Below are positions 7,546-16,822 of a stretch of DNA of 20,000 bases, one piece after another (within the stretch, counting starts at the first letter, position 1; every line of letters starts with the position of its first letter). Both the position numbers and the translations under genes were made by a program. Origin of the DNA: Nitrospirota bacterium (GTDB lineage Bacteria > UBA2233); contig WOZJ01000057.1 of assembly GCA_011620345.1 (NCBI GenBank), positions 215,925 to 235,924 of the forward strand, given 5' to 3'. Below the pieces are notes generated by a model, which searched no databases, had not been told where the DNA came from, and saw nothing but the letters and a program-made list of their open reading frames with translations.

Positions 7546-9858
7546 TTACTTCGCCTTCTGGATGAGCTCTTGGAGTTTTGGAAGAATGCTCTCCTGAACA
7601 AACTGGCGGTTTTGCGCCTTGTCCTTGTACATCCGCTCATCGGCTATACGAAGAGCCTCTTTGAGCGTGCTTTCCGGCTTTTTTGCAACCGCGTATCCCG
7701 TTGCGATGCTAAGTGGCAAGGAAGGCTGCCCGGCGTTATAATCCTGGATGGCCTTTCTTAAGCGAGCCACGGCCTGTTTCGTCGTCTCCTCCGTTGCATT
7801 AGACAGGAGAATGATGAACTCGTCCCCCCCAACCCTGGCTAAGATGTCCTCTGCCCGGAAAGAGCTTCGGATAAGTGAGGCTGCTTCTACAATTAGCAAG
7901 TCCCCAGCTTCGTGGCCTAGGTTGTCGTTTACAAACTTAAGCGAGTCGAGATCGCACACGATAATGCCCGTTAGTTTTGGGAGCCTCGTAAGCTCGAGCC
8001 TTCTTAGCTCTTCTTCGAAGAAGGTGCGGTTGTAAAGACCCGTAAGCGCATCGTGCATACTCAGGTAGCTAAGGCGTTCTTCCATCTGTTTGCGCTCCGT
8101 GATCTCTTGGCCGATCGAGAATACTACCTGCCTCCCTTGGATTTTAATGGGGACAATGTTCATAAGAAGTGTGCGCTCGGCGTTATTTGCCTTGTCTGGC
8201 CCGTTGCTCTTGTAGGCGGATTCCACGCTGAAGGGGGAAAAGTCTTTTTTGCGGAGAACCTCTAAAATTTGGCTATCCCAGAGTGCCCGCTTGAGAAGTT
8301 CCTCTCGATTTATTCCCAAAAACTGGATTGCGGCCTGGTTTGCATCGATGTAACTCCCATGCTCGTCGATCAAAAAAATAGGGTTGATTGTATTTTCAAA
8401 AAGGGCTCTGTAGCGTTGTTCGCTTTCTTTAAGCGCCTCTTCGGCTTTTTTGCGGTCCGTGATGTCGAGCAAAAACCCATGGATTTGCTTCAGCTTCGCT
8501 TCCGCCGACTCGATGTGCCGAACATCTTCTCCCTCGTCGAACACTCCTAGCAGGTTTGCGAGGATGCTGAGCCTTTCACCTTGAATATTCTTGAAAGAAA
8601 GCTCAAGAAACTGGACTTTCCTTTCGTCCTTTATCCTCTTGAGGAGTTGGTCGTATGCACTCGGGTTCTCAAGGAGCTCGGGCAAGGACGTTTGGATGGC
8701 CTCAGGGGCTGAGGAGAACCCGAATAAAGCGGCGAACTGATGGTTGCAAAGTATGAGTGATCCATCGGGGTTTGCCAGGAAGTTGGCTGTAAGGGCATTA
8801 AAAAAGAGTTGTCGGAACCGCTCTTCGCTTTCTTGGATTTGCTTTGCATGCTCGAGCCCGGAGAGCATCATGTTGACCGCGGAGGCAAGCCTGGCAATTT
8901 CACCGCTCCCCTCCACGGGCAACCGTTTGGTTAAATCCTGGCTAAACCCGATCGTCACCACGTTGGCCGCAAGCTGCTCAACCTCGTCCACGAGCTGCGT
9001 CTTGAGCAGCCAAAACAGAAGCACGAGGAATGCCAGACCGGAAACCACGAGCCCAATGCCGAAGTAGCGCATGCTCAAGAGACCCTGCTTAAAGACTGCA
9101 CGATCTTGACTCGTCTGGATCACAAAGGCGGGTTTTCCGTGGATGTCCCGGACAAGTCCGAACCCTGCGATCTGGTCTGCAGAAATCGCCTCTACCCAGG
9201 TATCGGCACCGCCTGACCGCGCTTCCTCGAAGGGCCTGACAAACAAGGGTAGACGAACTATGGCGGAGAGCCGTTTGATCTCTTTACGGTCGAGGTACCG
9301 CCCCATGATCAGCGTGCCCGTGATGCGGGGCGGGCTGGCCGAAGGGTCGAAAATCGGCCTTGAGGTGACAAGAACGGGGTTATTCTGAACCATGAGAACG
9401 CCGGACGGGCTGCTTTGAACGCTCTTGTGGTTTTGGAGGGCCTGATCGTGGACGATGGCGTTCCAAACGAGATCCGGAAAGGGAGTTCTTATTGCACGGT
9501 CCAAATCAAAATGGTCTGCCCGGACAACACTTCCGGAAGCATTCAGGAACACCATAAAATGAACCCGCATCTCGAGAAACGGCGTGATTACGAGGTTCTT
9601 CCGGACAAAGTCTGGATTCTGCCCAGCCACAAATCGGTCAGCCTCCTCCCAGCCGGCCCAGTCACCCGCTTTCGCGCTTAGGGAGGTGTACTCTTGTTCT
9701 AACGCACCGAGGACACGCCGGACGTTTTGCCTGACGTTTTGGGATTCAATTTTTCGAAACCCTTCGAGCAGGGTAAGGTGAGATGTGGCGTACATCGCCA
9801 AAAACAAGACGCCTAGCGCAGCAAAGGCAATTATGAAGGCTTTTCTTCGAAGCGACAT
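7546..9858 (-). CDS. Membrane-bound diguanylate cyclase (TM-CHASE4-TM-HAMP-PAS-PAS-GGDEF)
   Basis: N-terminal TM, CHASE4-like motifs (DWAGW, GTLIMGRYL), second TM, HAMP (RLPVEGSGEIARLASAVNMML), two PAS segments ending DITDRK/EITERK, HDALTGLYNR, intact GGDEF and an RAED I-site. Confidence 0.92.
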   Translation of the reverse strand: MSLRRKAFIIAFAALGVLFLAMYATSHLTLLEGFRKIESQNVRQNVRRVLGALEQEYTSLSAKAGDWAGWEEADRFVAGQNPDFVRKNLVITPFLEMRVHFMVFLNASGSVVRADHFDLDRAIRTPFPDLVWNAIVHDQALQNHKSVQSSPSGVLMVQNNPVLVTSRPIFDPSASPPRITGTLIMGRYLDRKEIKRLSAIVRLPLFVRPFEEARSGGADTWVEAISADQIAGFGLVRDIHGKPAFVIQTSQDRAVFKQGLLSMRYFGIGLVVSGLAFLVLLFWLLKTQLVDEVEQLAANVVTIGFSQDLTKRLPVEGSGEIARLASAVNMMLSGLEHAKQIQESEERFRQLFFNALTANFLANPDGSLILCNHQFAALFGFSSAPEAIQTSLPELLENPSAYDQLLKRIKDERKVQFLELSFKNIQGERLSILANLLGVFDEGEDVRHIESAEAKLKQIHGFLLDITDRKKAEEALKESEQRYRALFENTINPIFLIDEHGSYIDANQAAIQFLGINREELLKRALWDSQILEVLRKKDFSPFSVESAYKSNGPDKANNAERTLLMNIVPIKIQGRQVVFSIGQEITERKQMEERLSYLSMHDALTGLYNRTFFEEELRRLELTRLPKLTGIIVCDLDSLKFVNDNLGHEAGDLLIVEAASLIRSSFRAEDILARVGGDEFIILLSNATEETTKQAVARLRKAIQDYNAGQPSLPLSIATGYAVAKKPESTLKEALRIADERMYKDKAQNRQFVQESILPKLQELIQKAK

Positions 9859-9889
9859 TCGGAGTGCTCTTTATTAATTACAGAGACGT

Positions 9890-9898
9890 ATTGTAGCA
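9890..9898 (-). promoter_or_regulatory. Candidate extended -10 promoter of the diguanylate cyclase
   Basis: Minus strand reads TG-C-TACAAT about 30 nt upstream of the ATG at 9858. No convincing -35. Confidence 0.4.
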
Positions 9899-10000
9899 TA
9901 GCTTTAAGGCCAAAGGGGGCCTATTGACATCAAGGGACATCCTATCCCGCCACATCCTTGTTATTTTGTGAGGTTTTACGGACATTGCGAAGGAAAGCTC

Positions 10001-10759
10001 ATGGGTGATAATTTTGCAAAAGAGTTTCAGCATGAAATGGTCTTTATCCACGGGCTCTACGGCCAAAATGGTCAATACCGAGGGTTGATCAAGGCATTGG
10101 AAAAAAAAGGTGTACGCCTCCATACCCCTTCCTTGCGAGGCTATTCTGCCGAACGATTATTTGTTCGGTTCTCGGCATCCGAGGTGTTAGGGGCAGCCAG
10201 GAAGGCCGTCGTTCAGGTTTATAAAGACACGCAAAAAAAACCCTGGCTGTTCGGCTCATCGCTAGGAAGTATCTTTGCCGTAAGGTATGCCATAGAACAC
10301 CCGGAGACGATCAAAGGGCTTATCTTGCACACGATTGTAGACCCAGCCGTCCTACCGCTTACAAACGGGACTCAGCGGGCTTTCCATAGACTTGGGAGTT
10401 GGCTGCTTTGGGCTTCTCCGATTCTCGGCCTCATTCCTTTCCCCTTCCCATGGTTTGCGGGAACGTACCCAAAGAAGCGCATTTTTTATTCCGTCAATGG
10501 CCTTATGGAGCTCTTTTATGATCAAAGGTTTCGCTTGGGACTAGAGCAGATCTCCTTGCCTTCGTTTTTGATCGTCGGGAGTAAAGACCGCCTCCTTCCT
10601 CCTGATTATTGCCTTTCGGTTTTTAGGCGTCTCGGGGATGCTAGAGGGGATTGTCAGATAGAGAATGCGGGCCATGGGGTTTTGATGACCCATCCCTACA
10701 GAGTGGGACAACAAATCGCGGCCTGGCTGGCTGCAGAGCAACAGGCCTGCTTGACCTAA
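10001..10759 (+). CDS. Alpha/beta-fold hydrolase (lysophospholipase/monoglyceride lipase-like)
   Basis: FIHG oxyanion motif, nucleophile elbow GSSLG, acid in GSKDRL, His in NAGHG. ATG 10001 with AAGGA upstream is preferred over GTG 9968. Confidence 0.82.
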   Translation: MGDNFAKEFQHEMVFIHGLYGQNGQYRGLIKALEKKGVRLHTPSLRGYSAERLFVRFSASEVLGAARKAVVQVYKDTQKKPWLFGSSLGSIFAVRYAIEHPETIKGLILHTIVDPAVLPLTNGTQRAFHRLGSWLLWASPILGLIPFPFPWFAGTYPKKRIFYSVNGLMELFYDQRFRLGLEQISLPSFLIVGSKDRLLPPDYCLSVFRRLGDARGDCQIENAGHGVLMTHPYRVGQQIAAWLAAEQQACLT

Positions 10760-10770
10760 GGAGGCGAGGA

Positions 10771-11961
10771 ATGCGATTGGCCAATTTTCTTGGGGGGTTC
10801 CAAGAGGACGCCTCTTGGATCCGGGCGATGTTCGAAAAAGGCAGGGACCTGAAGGCGTCCCTTGGCGCAGAACACGTTGCCGATTTAAGCCTTGGAAACC
10901 CCCTGCAGGCACCAGACCAAAGGGTATTGAACGAACTTGTCCGCGTGGTTGCAGACCCCACCGCCCATGGTTACACCTCCAACCTTGGGCTTGACGAGAC
11001 AAGGGATGCGATTTCGGCTTACCTAAAAGGAAAGTCGGGCATCCCCTTCCAGAGGGCGCACGTGGCCGTTGTGGCCGGGGCCGCCGGAGGCCTTGTCGTA
11101 GCCCTTCGTGCGCTTGCAGACCAAGGCGAAACAGTGGGGGTATTTTCTCCGTACTTCACGGAGTACCCTTTCTATGCCAAAGCGCTTGGGTTGCATTTCG
11201 AATCCCAAGCGCTCGCTCCCCCCTTCATCCCGACGCTTGAAGATGCCCGTCGGCTGATGAAAAAAAAGCCCAGGGTCGTGTTGATTAACTCCCCGAATAA
11301 CCCTACTGGCCAGGTATGGGGAAATGAGGCCTACGCGGCAATCCGACAAGCGATAGACGAACTTGGGCCTAAGGATAGGCCTGACGTGGTCTTTGACGAC
11401 CCCTATGCAGAGATTGTGTACGACGGACTTACGCCCCCGTTCCCCCTTTCGGAAATCCCACAGGCCCTGTATATATCTTCTTTTTCCAAGACATGGGCGA
11501 TCCCTGGCGCAAGGGTTGGGTTTTTGGCCGTTCATCCCGACAATCCGCTTGCCGTGCAGGCGATGGACGCCGTCGCTTTTTTGATGCGTGCACTCGGCTT
11601 CGTGAGTGCGAACGCCTCCGCTCAAAGGATGCTCGCACGGGTCGGAGTGGGCAACGTACACCCTGAGCTTGCGCTCTACGAAAAACACCGCGATATGCTC
11701 GTCCATGGCCTCCTGTCTCTAGGGTTCCGCTTCGTTGTCCCTCGTGGAGGGTTTTACGTTTTTCCGGATGTACCCGAGGCCTTTCAAGATGACATTTGTT
11801 TTGTTTCTCGTGCACTCGCAGACGGGCTGATCGTTGTCCCAGGGAGAGGGTTCGGGGATGCCTCCAGGTTCCGAGTGGTCTTTTCCGTGAGTCAAGAGAC
11901 GATCTGCAGAGCCATTGAAAAGCTTCAGAACGTCTTGCACAACCCGGGTCCAAAAAGATGA
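10771..11961 (+). CDS. PLP-dependent class I/II aminotransferase (aspartate aminotransferase-like)
   Basis: SWIRAMFEKG...DLSLGNP N-terminus, NSPNNPTG, DDPY, SFSK (PLP Lys) and GARVG. Start reassigned to ATG 10771 after AAGGAGG. Confidence 0.92.
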   Translation: MRLANFLGGFQEDASWIRAMFEKGRDLKASLGAEHVADLSLGNPLQAPDQRVLNELVRVVADPTAHGYTSNLGLDETRDAISAYLKGKSGIPFQRAHVAVVAGAAGGLVVALRALADQGETVGVFSPYFTEYPFYAKALGLHFESQALAPPFIPTLEDARRLMKKKPRVVLINSPNNPTGQVWGNEAYAAIRQAIDELGPKDRPDVVFDDPYAEIVYDGLTPPFPLSEIPQALYISSFSKTWAIPGARVGFLAVHPDNPLAVQAMDAVAFLMRALGFVSANASAQRMLARVGVGNVHPELALYEKHRDMLVHGLLSLGFRFVVPRGGFYVFPDVPEAFQDDICFVSRALADGLIVVPGRGFGDASRFRVVFSVSQETICRAIEKLQNVLHNPGPKR

Positions 11962-13013
11962 ACGAATACTCCGAGTTGGTCCGCCCCGTTCTTCGTAAGG
12001 TGCAAGGTTACGAGCCAGGCGAACAACCCAAGGAAGGCCCTATTCTTAAGTTGAACACCAACGAAAACCCTTATGGGCCATCCCCAAAGGTGGGGGCGGC
12101 AATTCGCAGGGCGATACCAAGGCTCAAGCGCTACCCGGACCCTGATTGCAGCAGGTTGCGCGCCAAGATCGCCGAAGTATACGGTATCCCAGAGTCTTGC
12201 ACGCTAGTAACGAACGGGTCTGACGAGGCCATACGCCTGGTCTTCGAGGGATTACTGGATCCGGGCGAGCGCTTGATCCTTCCCGTTCCGACGTACACCC
12301 TATACGATGTACTGGCGACGTTTCGCTCTGCCGAGGTTGTGCGGGCCCAATTTGGAGACGATTTTGAGCTACCCCCCCTGCCGACTGCAGGGAAGCTCTT
12401 GGTCCTTCCCAATCCGCACGTCCCTTCTGGAGTGGCGTTTGCTGTAGAACGGCTTGCAGCACTGGCCCGAGATTTCCAAGGGCTTTTGCTCCTCGATGAA
12501 GCTTACGTCGATTTTGGGGCAGAGAGCGCAATCGGTCTTGTGGGGCAATTAGAAAACGTGGCCGTCCTTAGGACGTTTTCGAAGTCTTTTTCGCTAGCTG
12601 GGCTAAGGGTTGGTTTTTTGGCTGGGCCTCCTTGGCTTATCGAGACGCTTTTTAAGCTGAAAGATTCCTACAACGTAAGCCATGTGGCTCAGGCTGGCGC
12701 GTTGGCTGCCCTCGAAGACATCGGCTGGATGGAGCTCAATGCCAAAAGAATCATGGAGGCGCGGGATTTTACCCGCTACCATTTGTTAAGCCTTGGGTTT
12801 TCCGTCCCCATCTCGAGCGCAAATTTTTTACTGGCCCAAAAGCCTGGCGTGGACTTGTACCCTTTGTACCTCGAGTTGAAGCGAAGGAACCTTCTCGTGC
12901 GGTACTTTGCCACGCCAGGCCTTTTTGACCGGATTCGCATCTCGATTGGCAAGGCATCCGAGATGGAGTTCTTTCTGGAAACCCTCCAAAAGGCCCTCGT
13001 GTCGCTAGCCTAA
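11958..13013 (+). CDS. hisC: Histidinol-phosphate aminotransferase
   Basis: YEPGEQP, KLNTNENPY, YPDP, NGSDE, DEAYVDF and RTFSKSFSLAGLRVG. ATGA overlap with the upstream aminotransferase. Confidence 0.9.
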   Translation: MNEYSELVRPVLRKVQGYEPGEQPKEGPILKLNTNENPYGPSPKVGAAIRRAIPRLKRYPDPDCSRLRAKIAEVYGIPESCTLVTNGSDEAIRLVFEGLLDPGERLILPVPTYTLYDVLATFRSAEVVRAQFGDDFELPPLPTAGKLLVLPNPHVPSGVAFAVERLAALARDFQGLLLLDEAYVDFGAESAIGLVGQLENVAVLRTFSKSFSLAGLRVGFLAGPPWLIETLFKLKDSYNVSHVAQAGALAALEDIGWMELNAKRIMEARDFTRYHLLSLGFSVPISSANFLLAQKPGVDLYPLYLELKRRNLLVRYFATPGLFDRIRISIGKASEMEFFLETLQKALVSLA

Positions 13014-15700
13014 GCCTGTCTAGGTTTATTATGGGCGTCAAGGAGCTTTCTTAGGACGAAAGGAAGAATTCCGCCGTGTCGTAGGTATTCTACGTCGATA
13101 GCATTGTCCACCCTTGCAATCGCTTCAAACGTCGTAGTTTCACCCCCAGGCCGTGTGGCACGCACCGTGAGATGTTTGTGAGGGACCAAGTCTGTAATTC
13201 CCTCTATGTCGTAGGTTTCATGGCCCGTAAGCCCGATTGTCGACCGGTTCTCGCCGGGTAAAAACTCCATCGGCAGGACACCCATGCCCACAAGGTTGCT
13301 TCGGTGAATCCGCTCGAAGCTCTCCGCCAGGACAGCCTGAACGCCAAGCAGCTTAGGCCCCTTTGCGGCCCAGTCGCGTGAACTGCCAGAGCCGTATTCT
13401 TTGCCCGCTATCACGAGCAACGGTACGTTTTCTTGCTGGTAACGCATGGACGCATCGAAGATGCTCATTCGCTCTCCGGAGGGCAAATAGAGAGTATCTC
13501 CTCCCTCGACGCCTTCAAGCATGAGGTTTTTCAAACGGACATTGGCAAATGTTCCTCGCACCATAACCTCATGGTTTCCCCGACGGGCCCCGTAGCTGTT
13601 GAACTCTTCGGGTGGAATGCCTAACTGGATAAGATAGCGGCCCGCAGGGCTGTCTTTGGGGATGCTGCCCGCCGGGGAGATATGGTCGGTTGTGATGCTA
13701 TCGCCGAGCACAGCCAAAACCCTCGCCTGTTGGATGTCGGCGAAAGGGGGAGGCTGGAGCACGAAATTTTGGAAGAATGGAGCTTCTTTGATGTACGTCG
13801 ATTTCGGGTCAAACGCAAACAGTCGGTCTTTGGGGGCCTCGAGCGCTTGCCACTCCTCACTACCGGAAAGCGTAGCCTCGTAGCGAGTGGTGTACATCTT
13901 AGGGTTGAGCGCGCTACGGAGTGTTTCTTTGATCGTGGCCGCGTCTGGCCAGATCTCTCGTAGGTAGACGGGTTCCCCGCCTGGAGTAAAGCCGATAGGC
14001 TCGTTGGTCAAATCGACGTTTACCGAACCCATCAATGCGAACGCCACGACGAGCATCGGTGAGGCCAGGTAATTTGCTCGAATGAGTGGGTGAATCCTCG
14101 CCTCAAAGTTTCGGTTGCCCGAAAGGACGGCTGCCGCGTTTAAACTGAACGCCTTAATAGCCTCCTCGACGTTTTTTGGCAAGGGGCCGGAGTTTCCGAT
14201 GCAGGTCGTGCAGCCAAACCCGACAACGTGAAACCCGAGAGCTTCGAGGTAGGGAAGAAGGCCGGCTTTTTCAAGGTAATCGACGGCGACGCGAGACCCG
14301 GGGGCCAGGCTTGTTTTGACGTAAGGCTTGACTCTCAACCCTCGCTTGACCGCATTCTTTGCCAGAATTCCCGCCCCTACCATGAGGTCCGGGTTGGAGG
14401 TATTCGTGCAACTTGTGATGGCGGCGATGGCTAAAGAACCATGTCCGAACGCGTACCTATCTTTGTCGAGCTCTACAGCGGTGATTTCAGCGACCTCTGT
14501 GTCCTTGAAATCATCAGAAAAGGCCTTTGCCATGTCCTTGAGGAAGACTTTGTCGTGCGGACGCTTTGGCCCGGCAAGCGTCGGTTCGACCGCGTCTAGG
14601 TCTAGTTCGAGCGTATCCTTATACTTGGGGGTAGTAGCCTCCTCGCAAAACAAGAATTGCGCTTTGGCATACGCCTCGACAAGCGCGACGCGCTCTGACG
14701 ACCTCCCTGTAAATGTTAGATAATCCAGCGTTTCTTGGTCGATGGGGAAGAATGCCGCTGTCGCCCCGTACTCCGGAGACATGTTGGAGATCGTCGCCCG
14801 ATCGGGCAAAGCAAGCTGCCTGAGCCCTTCACCGAAGAACTCGACAAACTTTCCTACAACGCCTTTCTTGCGCAAGATCCACGTGATCGTAAGAACAAGG
14901 TCTGTTGCCGTTACGCCCGGCTTTAGCTTTCCGAAGAGTCGGAACCCTAGCACGTCCGGGATGGGCATGTAGTAGGGCTGCCCTAGCATGACCGCTTCGG
15001 CCTCGATGCCTCCTACGCCAAAGCCCAGGACACCGAGCCCGTCGATCATGGTTGTGTGCGAATCAGTCCCGACGAGCGTGTCAAAAAAGGCACATTTTTT
15101 GCCGTTTTCGCTCCGAAAATCCACAACTCTTGCCAAGTATTCGAGGTTGACCTGATGGACGATGCCAACCCCGGGAGGGACGATCAGAAAGTTGTCGAAG
15201 GCCTGCTTTGCCCACTTTAAAAGACGGTAGCGCTCCGAGTTCCTCCCAAACTCAAGCTGCACGTTCCGCTTGAGAGAGTCCTCAGTGCCAAAAAAGTCAA
15301 CTTGGACGCTGTGATCGATGACGAGTTCCGAGGGTACGAGTGGGTTGATAACGGACGGATCCTTGCCAAACTCGCGCGCCTTTCCCCGAAGAGCCGCCAG
15401 GTCGACGACGGCAGGGACTCCGGTAAAGTCTTGGAGGACGACTCTTGAGGGCATGAAGGGAATTGCGTGTCGGCTGTTCATGCTGTTTGGCCAGTCGAGC
15501 AGTGCCCGGACATGGTCCGGCGTTGCAATGCCGTCCTCTTGGTGCCGAAGAAGGTTTTCAAGAAAGATACGGATCACGTAAGGCAGGGGTTGAACTTTGC
15601 CAAAGCCCTTTTCTTCAAGGGTTCTTAAACTGAAGTATTCGTACTCTTTTGAACCGGCTTGAAGAGTTTGCTTTGCAAATGCAAGATCCTGATTCGCCAC
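13010..15700 (-). CDS. acnA: Aconitate hydratase AcnA
   Basis: QDFTGVP, IDHSVQVD, GTDSHT, cluster Cys in SCTNTSNP and GCTTCIGN, TTDHISPAG, GSGSSRDWAAKG. GTG start with GGAGGT RBS. Confidence 0.98.
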   Translation of the reverse strand: MANQDLAFAKQTLQAGSKEYEYFSLRTLEEKGFGKVQPLPYVIRIFLENLLRHQEDGIATPDHVRALLDWPNSMNSRHAIPFMPSRVVLQDFTGVPAVVDLAALRGKAREFGKDPSVINPLVPSELVIDHSVQVDFFGTEDSLKRNVQLEFGRNSERYRLLKWAKQAFDNFLIVPPGVGIVHQVNLEYLARVVDFRSENGKKCAFFDTLVGTDSHTTMIDGLGVLGFGVGGIEAEAVMLGQPYYMPIPDVLGFRLFGKLKPGVTATDLVLTITWILRKKGVVGKFVEFFGEGLRQLALPDRATISNMSPEYGATAAFFPIDQETLDYLTFTGRSSERVALVEAYAKAQFLFCEEATTPKYKDTLELDLDAVEPTLAGPKRPHDKVFLKDMAKAFSDDFKDTEVAEITAVELDKDRYAFGHGSLAIAAITSCTNTSNPDLMVGAGILAKNAVKRGLRVKPYVKTSLAPGSRVAVDYLEKAGLLPYLEALGFHVVGFGCTTCIGNSGPLPKNVEEAIKAFSLNAAAVLSGNRNFEARIHPLIRANYLASPMLVVAFALMGSVNVDLTNEPIGFTPGGEPVYLREIWPDAATIKETLRSALNPKMYTTRYEATLSGSEEWQALEAPKDRLFAFDPKSTYIKEAPFFQNFVLQPPPFADIQQARVLAVLGDSITTDHISPAGSIPKDSPAGRYLIQLGIPPEEFNSYGARRGNHEVMVRGTFANVRLKNLMLEGVEGGDTLYLPSGERMSIFDASMRYQQENVPLLVIAGKEYGSGSSRDWAAKGPKLLGVQAVLAESFERIHRSNLVGMGVLPMEFLPGENRSTIGLTGHETYDIEGITDLVPHKHLTVRATRPGGETTTFEAIARVDNAIDVEYLRHGGILPFVLRKLLDAHNKPRQA

Positions 15701-15818
15701 TTGTTTGCACCTCCCTTATGTGAGCCGTTCGCCTCGGCCCGTTGGGTTAAACCGACGAGTTTTTGATAAGATAACAAAAAGGCCGCTTGAACGTATACTT
15801 TACCACGGAAAGGAAACG

Positions 15819-16802
15819 GTGGGGAAGCCATTATCGTGGGTTGAAGGAGCGTGGATTGGTCACGCCCAAGACGTTGAGGGAAAGACAGGAGTAACCGCCC
15901 TTCTTTTTCCAGGTGGTGCGGTAGGGGGGTGCTATGTTGGCGGGTTTGCCACGGGAACCCGAGATCTGGACGCCCTAAGGCCCGAGCATCCTGTTCCCGT
16001 AGCCCACGGCGTCATGCTCGCTGGAGGGTCGGCCTACGGGCTTGAAGCTGCACGCGGCGTGATGGACTTCTTGGAGGCCCAAAGTGCTGGCCTTCCCGTT
16101 GGTGGTGCGCTCGTTCCGATCGTACCCGCCGCGATCATCTTTGACCTCGCCTTTGGCAATCCTAGCGCAAGACCAGACCGGAATATGGGCTACGAAGCCG
16201 CAAGCAATGCGCTCCAGGCTCTTCCAGGCCAGGGTTCTGTAGGGGCAGGAACGGGGGCTACGGTAGGAAAGGCCTTTGGCATGGAACGAGCGATGAAAGG
16301 GGGGATCGGGGCGGCATGTGTACCGCTCGAGAATGGAGGGAGCATCGCCGCCATCGCCTGCGTGAATGCCTTTGGGGACATACTAGACCCAAAGAGCGGG
16401 AAAACGCTTGCCGGCCTTAGAGAAGCTTCCGGTTCCTTGAGCCTTCTGGATACAGCCTCGATTCTGGAGGACGCACTGCAGGTACGCCCGTGGGACCCGT
16501 CCGCCACGACTTTGGGCGTCGTGCTCACAGACATTCCATTAAGCAAAGTACAGGCCAACCGGATCGCCAAGCAGGTGTTTGGAGCGATTCATTCCACTCA
16601 TCGGCCGGCGATCACCAGCTTCGACGGGGATGTCGTGTTCGTGTTCTCTACCAAGCGTGATATCCCTTTGATCCCTCCCGACCTTTTGGCTTTTTATGCG
16701 AAAGAGCAGCTCGTACGGGCGATTATAAACGCGATTGTCCAGGCAAATGGGTTTGGGCTCGTTCCCGCCTATCGAGATCTTAGCAGCACTGAAGCCTTTT
16801 AA
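15819..16802 (+). CDS. Peptidase family S58/P1 (DmpA/NylC-like self-processing Ntn hydrolase)
   Basis: IGHA...TGVT, GTR, LAGGSAYGL, VPIVPAAIIFDL, GSVGAGTGATVGK, KGGIG, VNAFGD, xTTLGVV and FDGD. Start reassigned to GTG 15819 (AAGGA at 15810-15814) because 15705 abuts the divergent acnA start. Confidence 0.9.
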   Translation: MGKPLSWVEGAWIGHAQDVEGKTGVTALLFPGGAVGGCYVGGFATGTRDLDALRPEHPVPVAHGVMLAGGSAYGLEAARGVMDFLEAQSAGLPVGGALVPIVPAAIIFDLAFGNPSARPDRNMGYEAASNALQALPGQGSVGAGTGATVGKAFGMERAMKGGIGAACVPLENGGSIAAIACVNAFGDILDPKSGKTLAGLREASGSLSLLDTASILEDALQVRPWDPSATTLGVVLTDIPLSKVQANRIAKQVFGAIHSTHRPAITSFDGDVVFVFSTKRDIPLIPPDLLAFYAKEQLVRAIINAIVQANGFGLVPAYRDLSSTEAF

Positions 16803-16822
16803 ACCGTAAAAAGGGAGACAAC

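Noticed and set aside
9859..10000. Possible c-di-GMP riboswitch beside the diguanylate cyclase
   Set aside because: I could not find the GEMM-type conserved elements or the paired stems by eye. An Rfam scan would be decisive.
10044..10052. DnaA-box-like TTATCCACG
   Set aside because: One mismatch, inside a CDS where it encodes the FIHG motif, and not clustered with other boxes.
10651..10770. ORF-track N-terminal extension of the aminotransferase
   Set aside because: It overlaps the catalytic-His region of the hydrolase. A strong RBS precedes ATG 10771, where family similarity begins.
15705..15818. ORF-track N-terminal extension of the S58 peptidase
   Set aside because: It would cover the acnA RBS and the whole divergent promoter region. 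Family similarity starts near GTG 15819.
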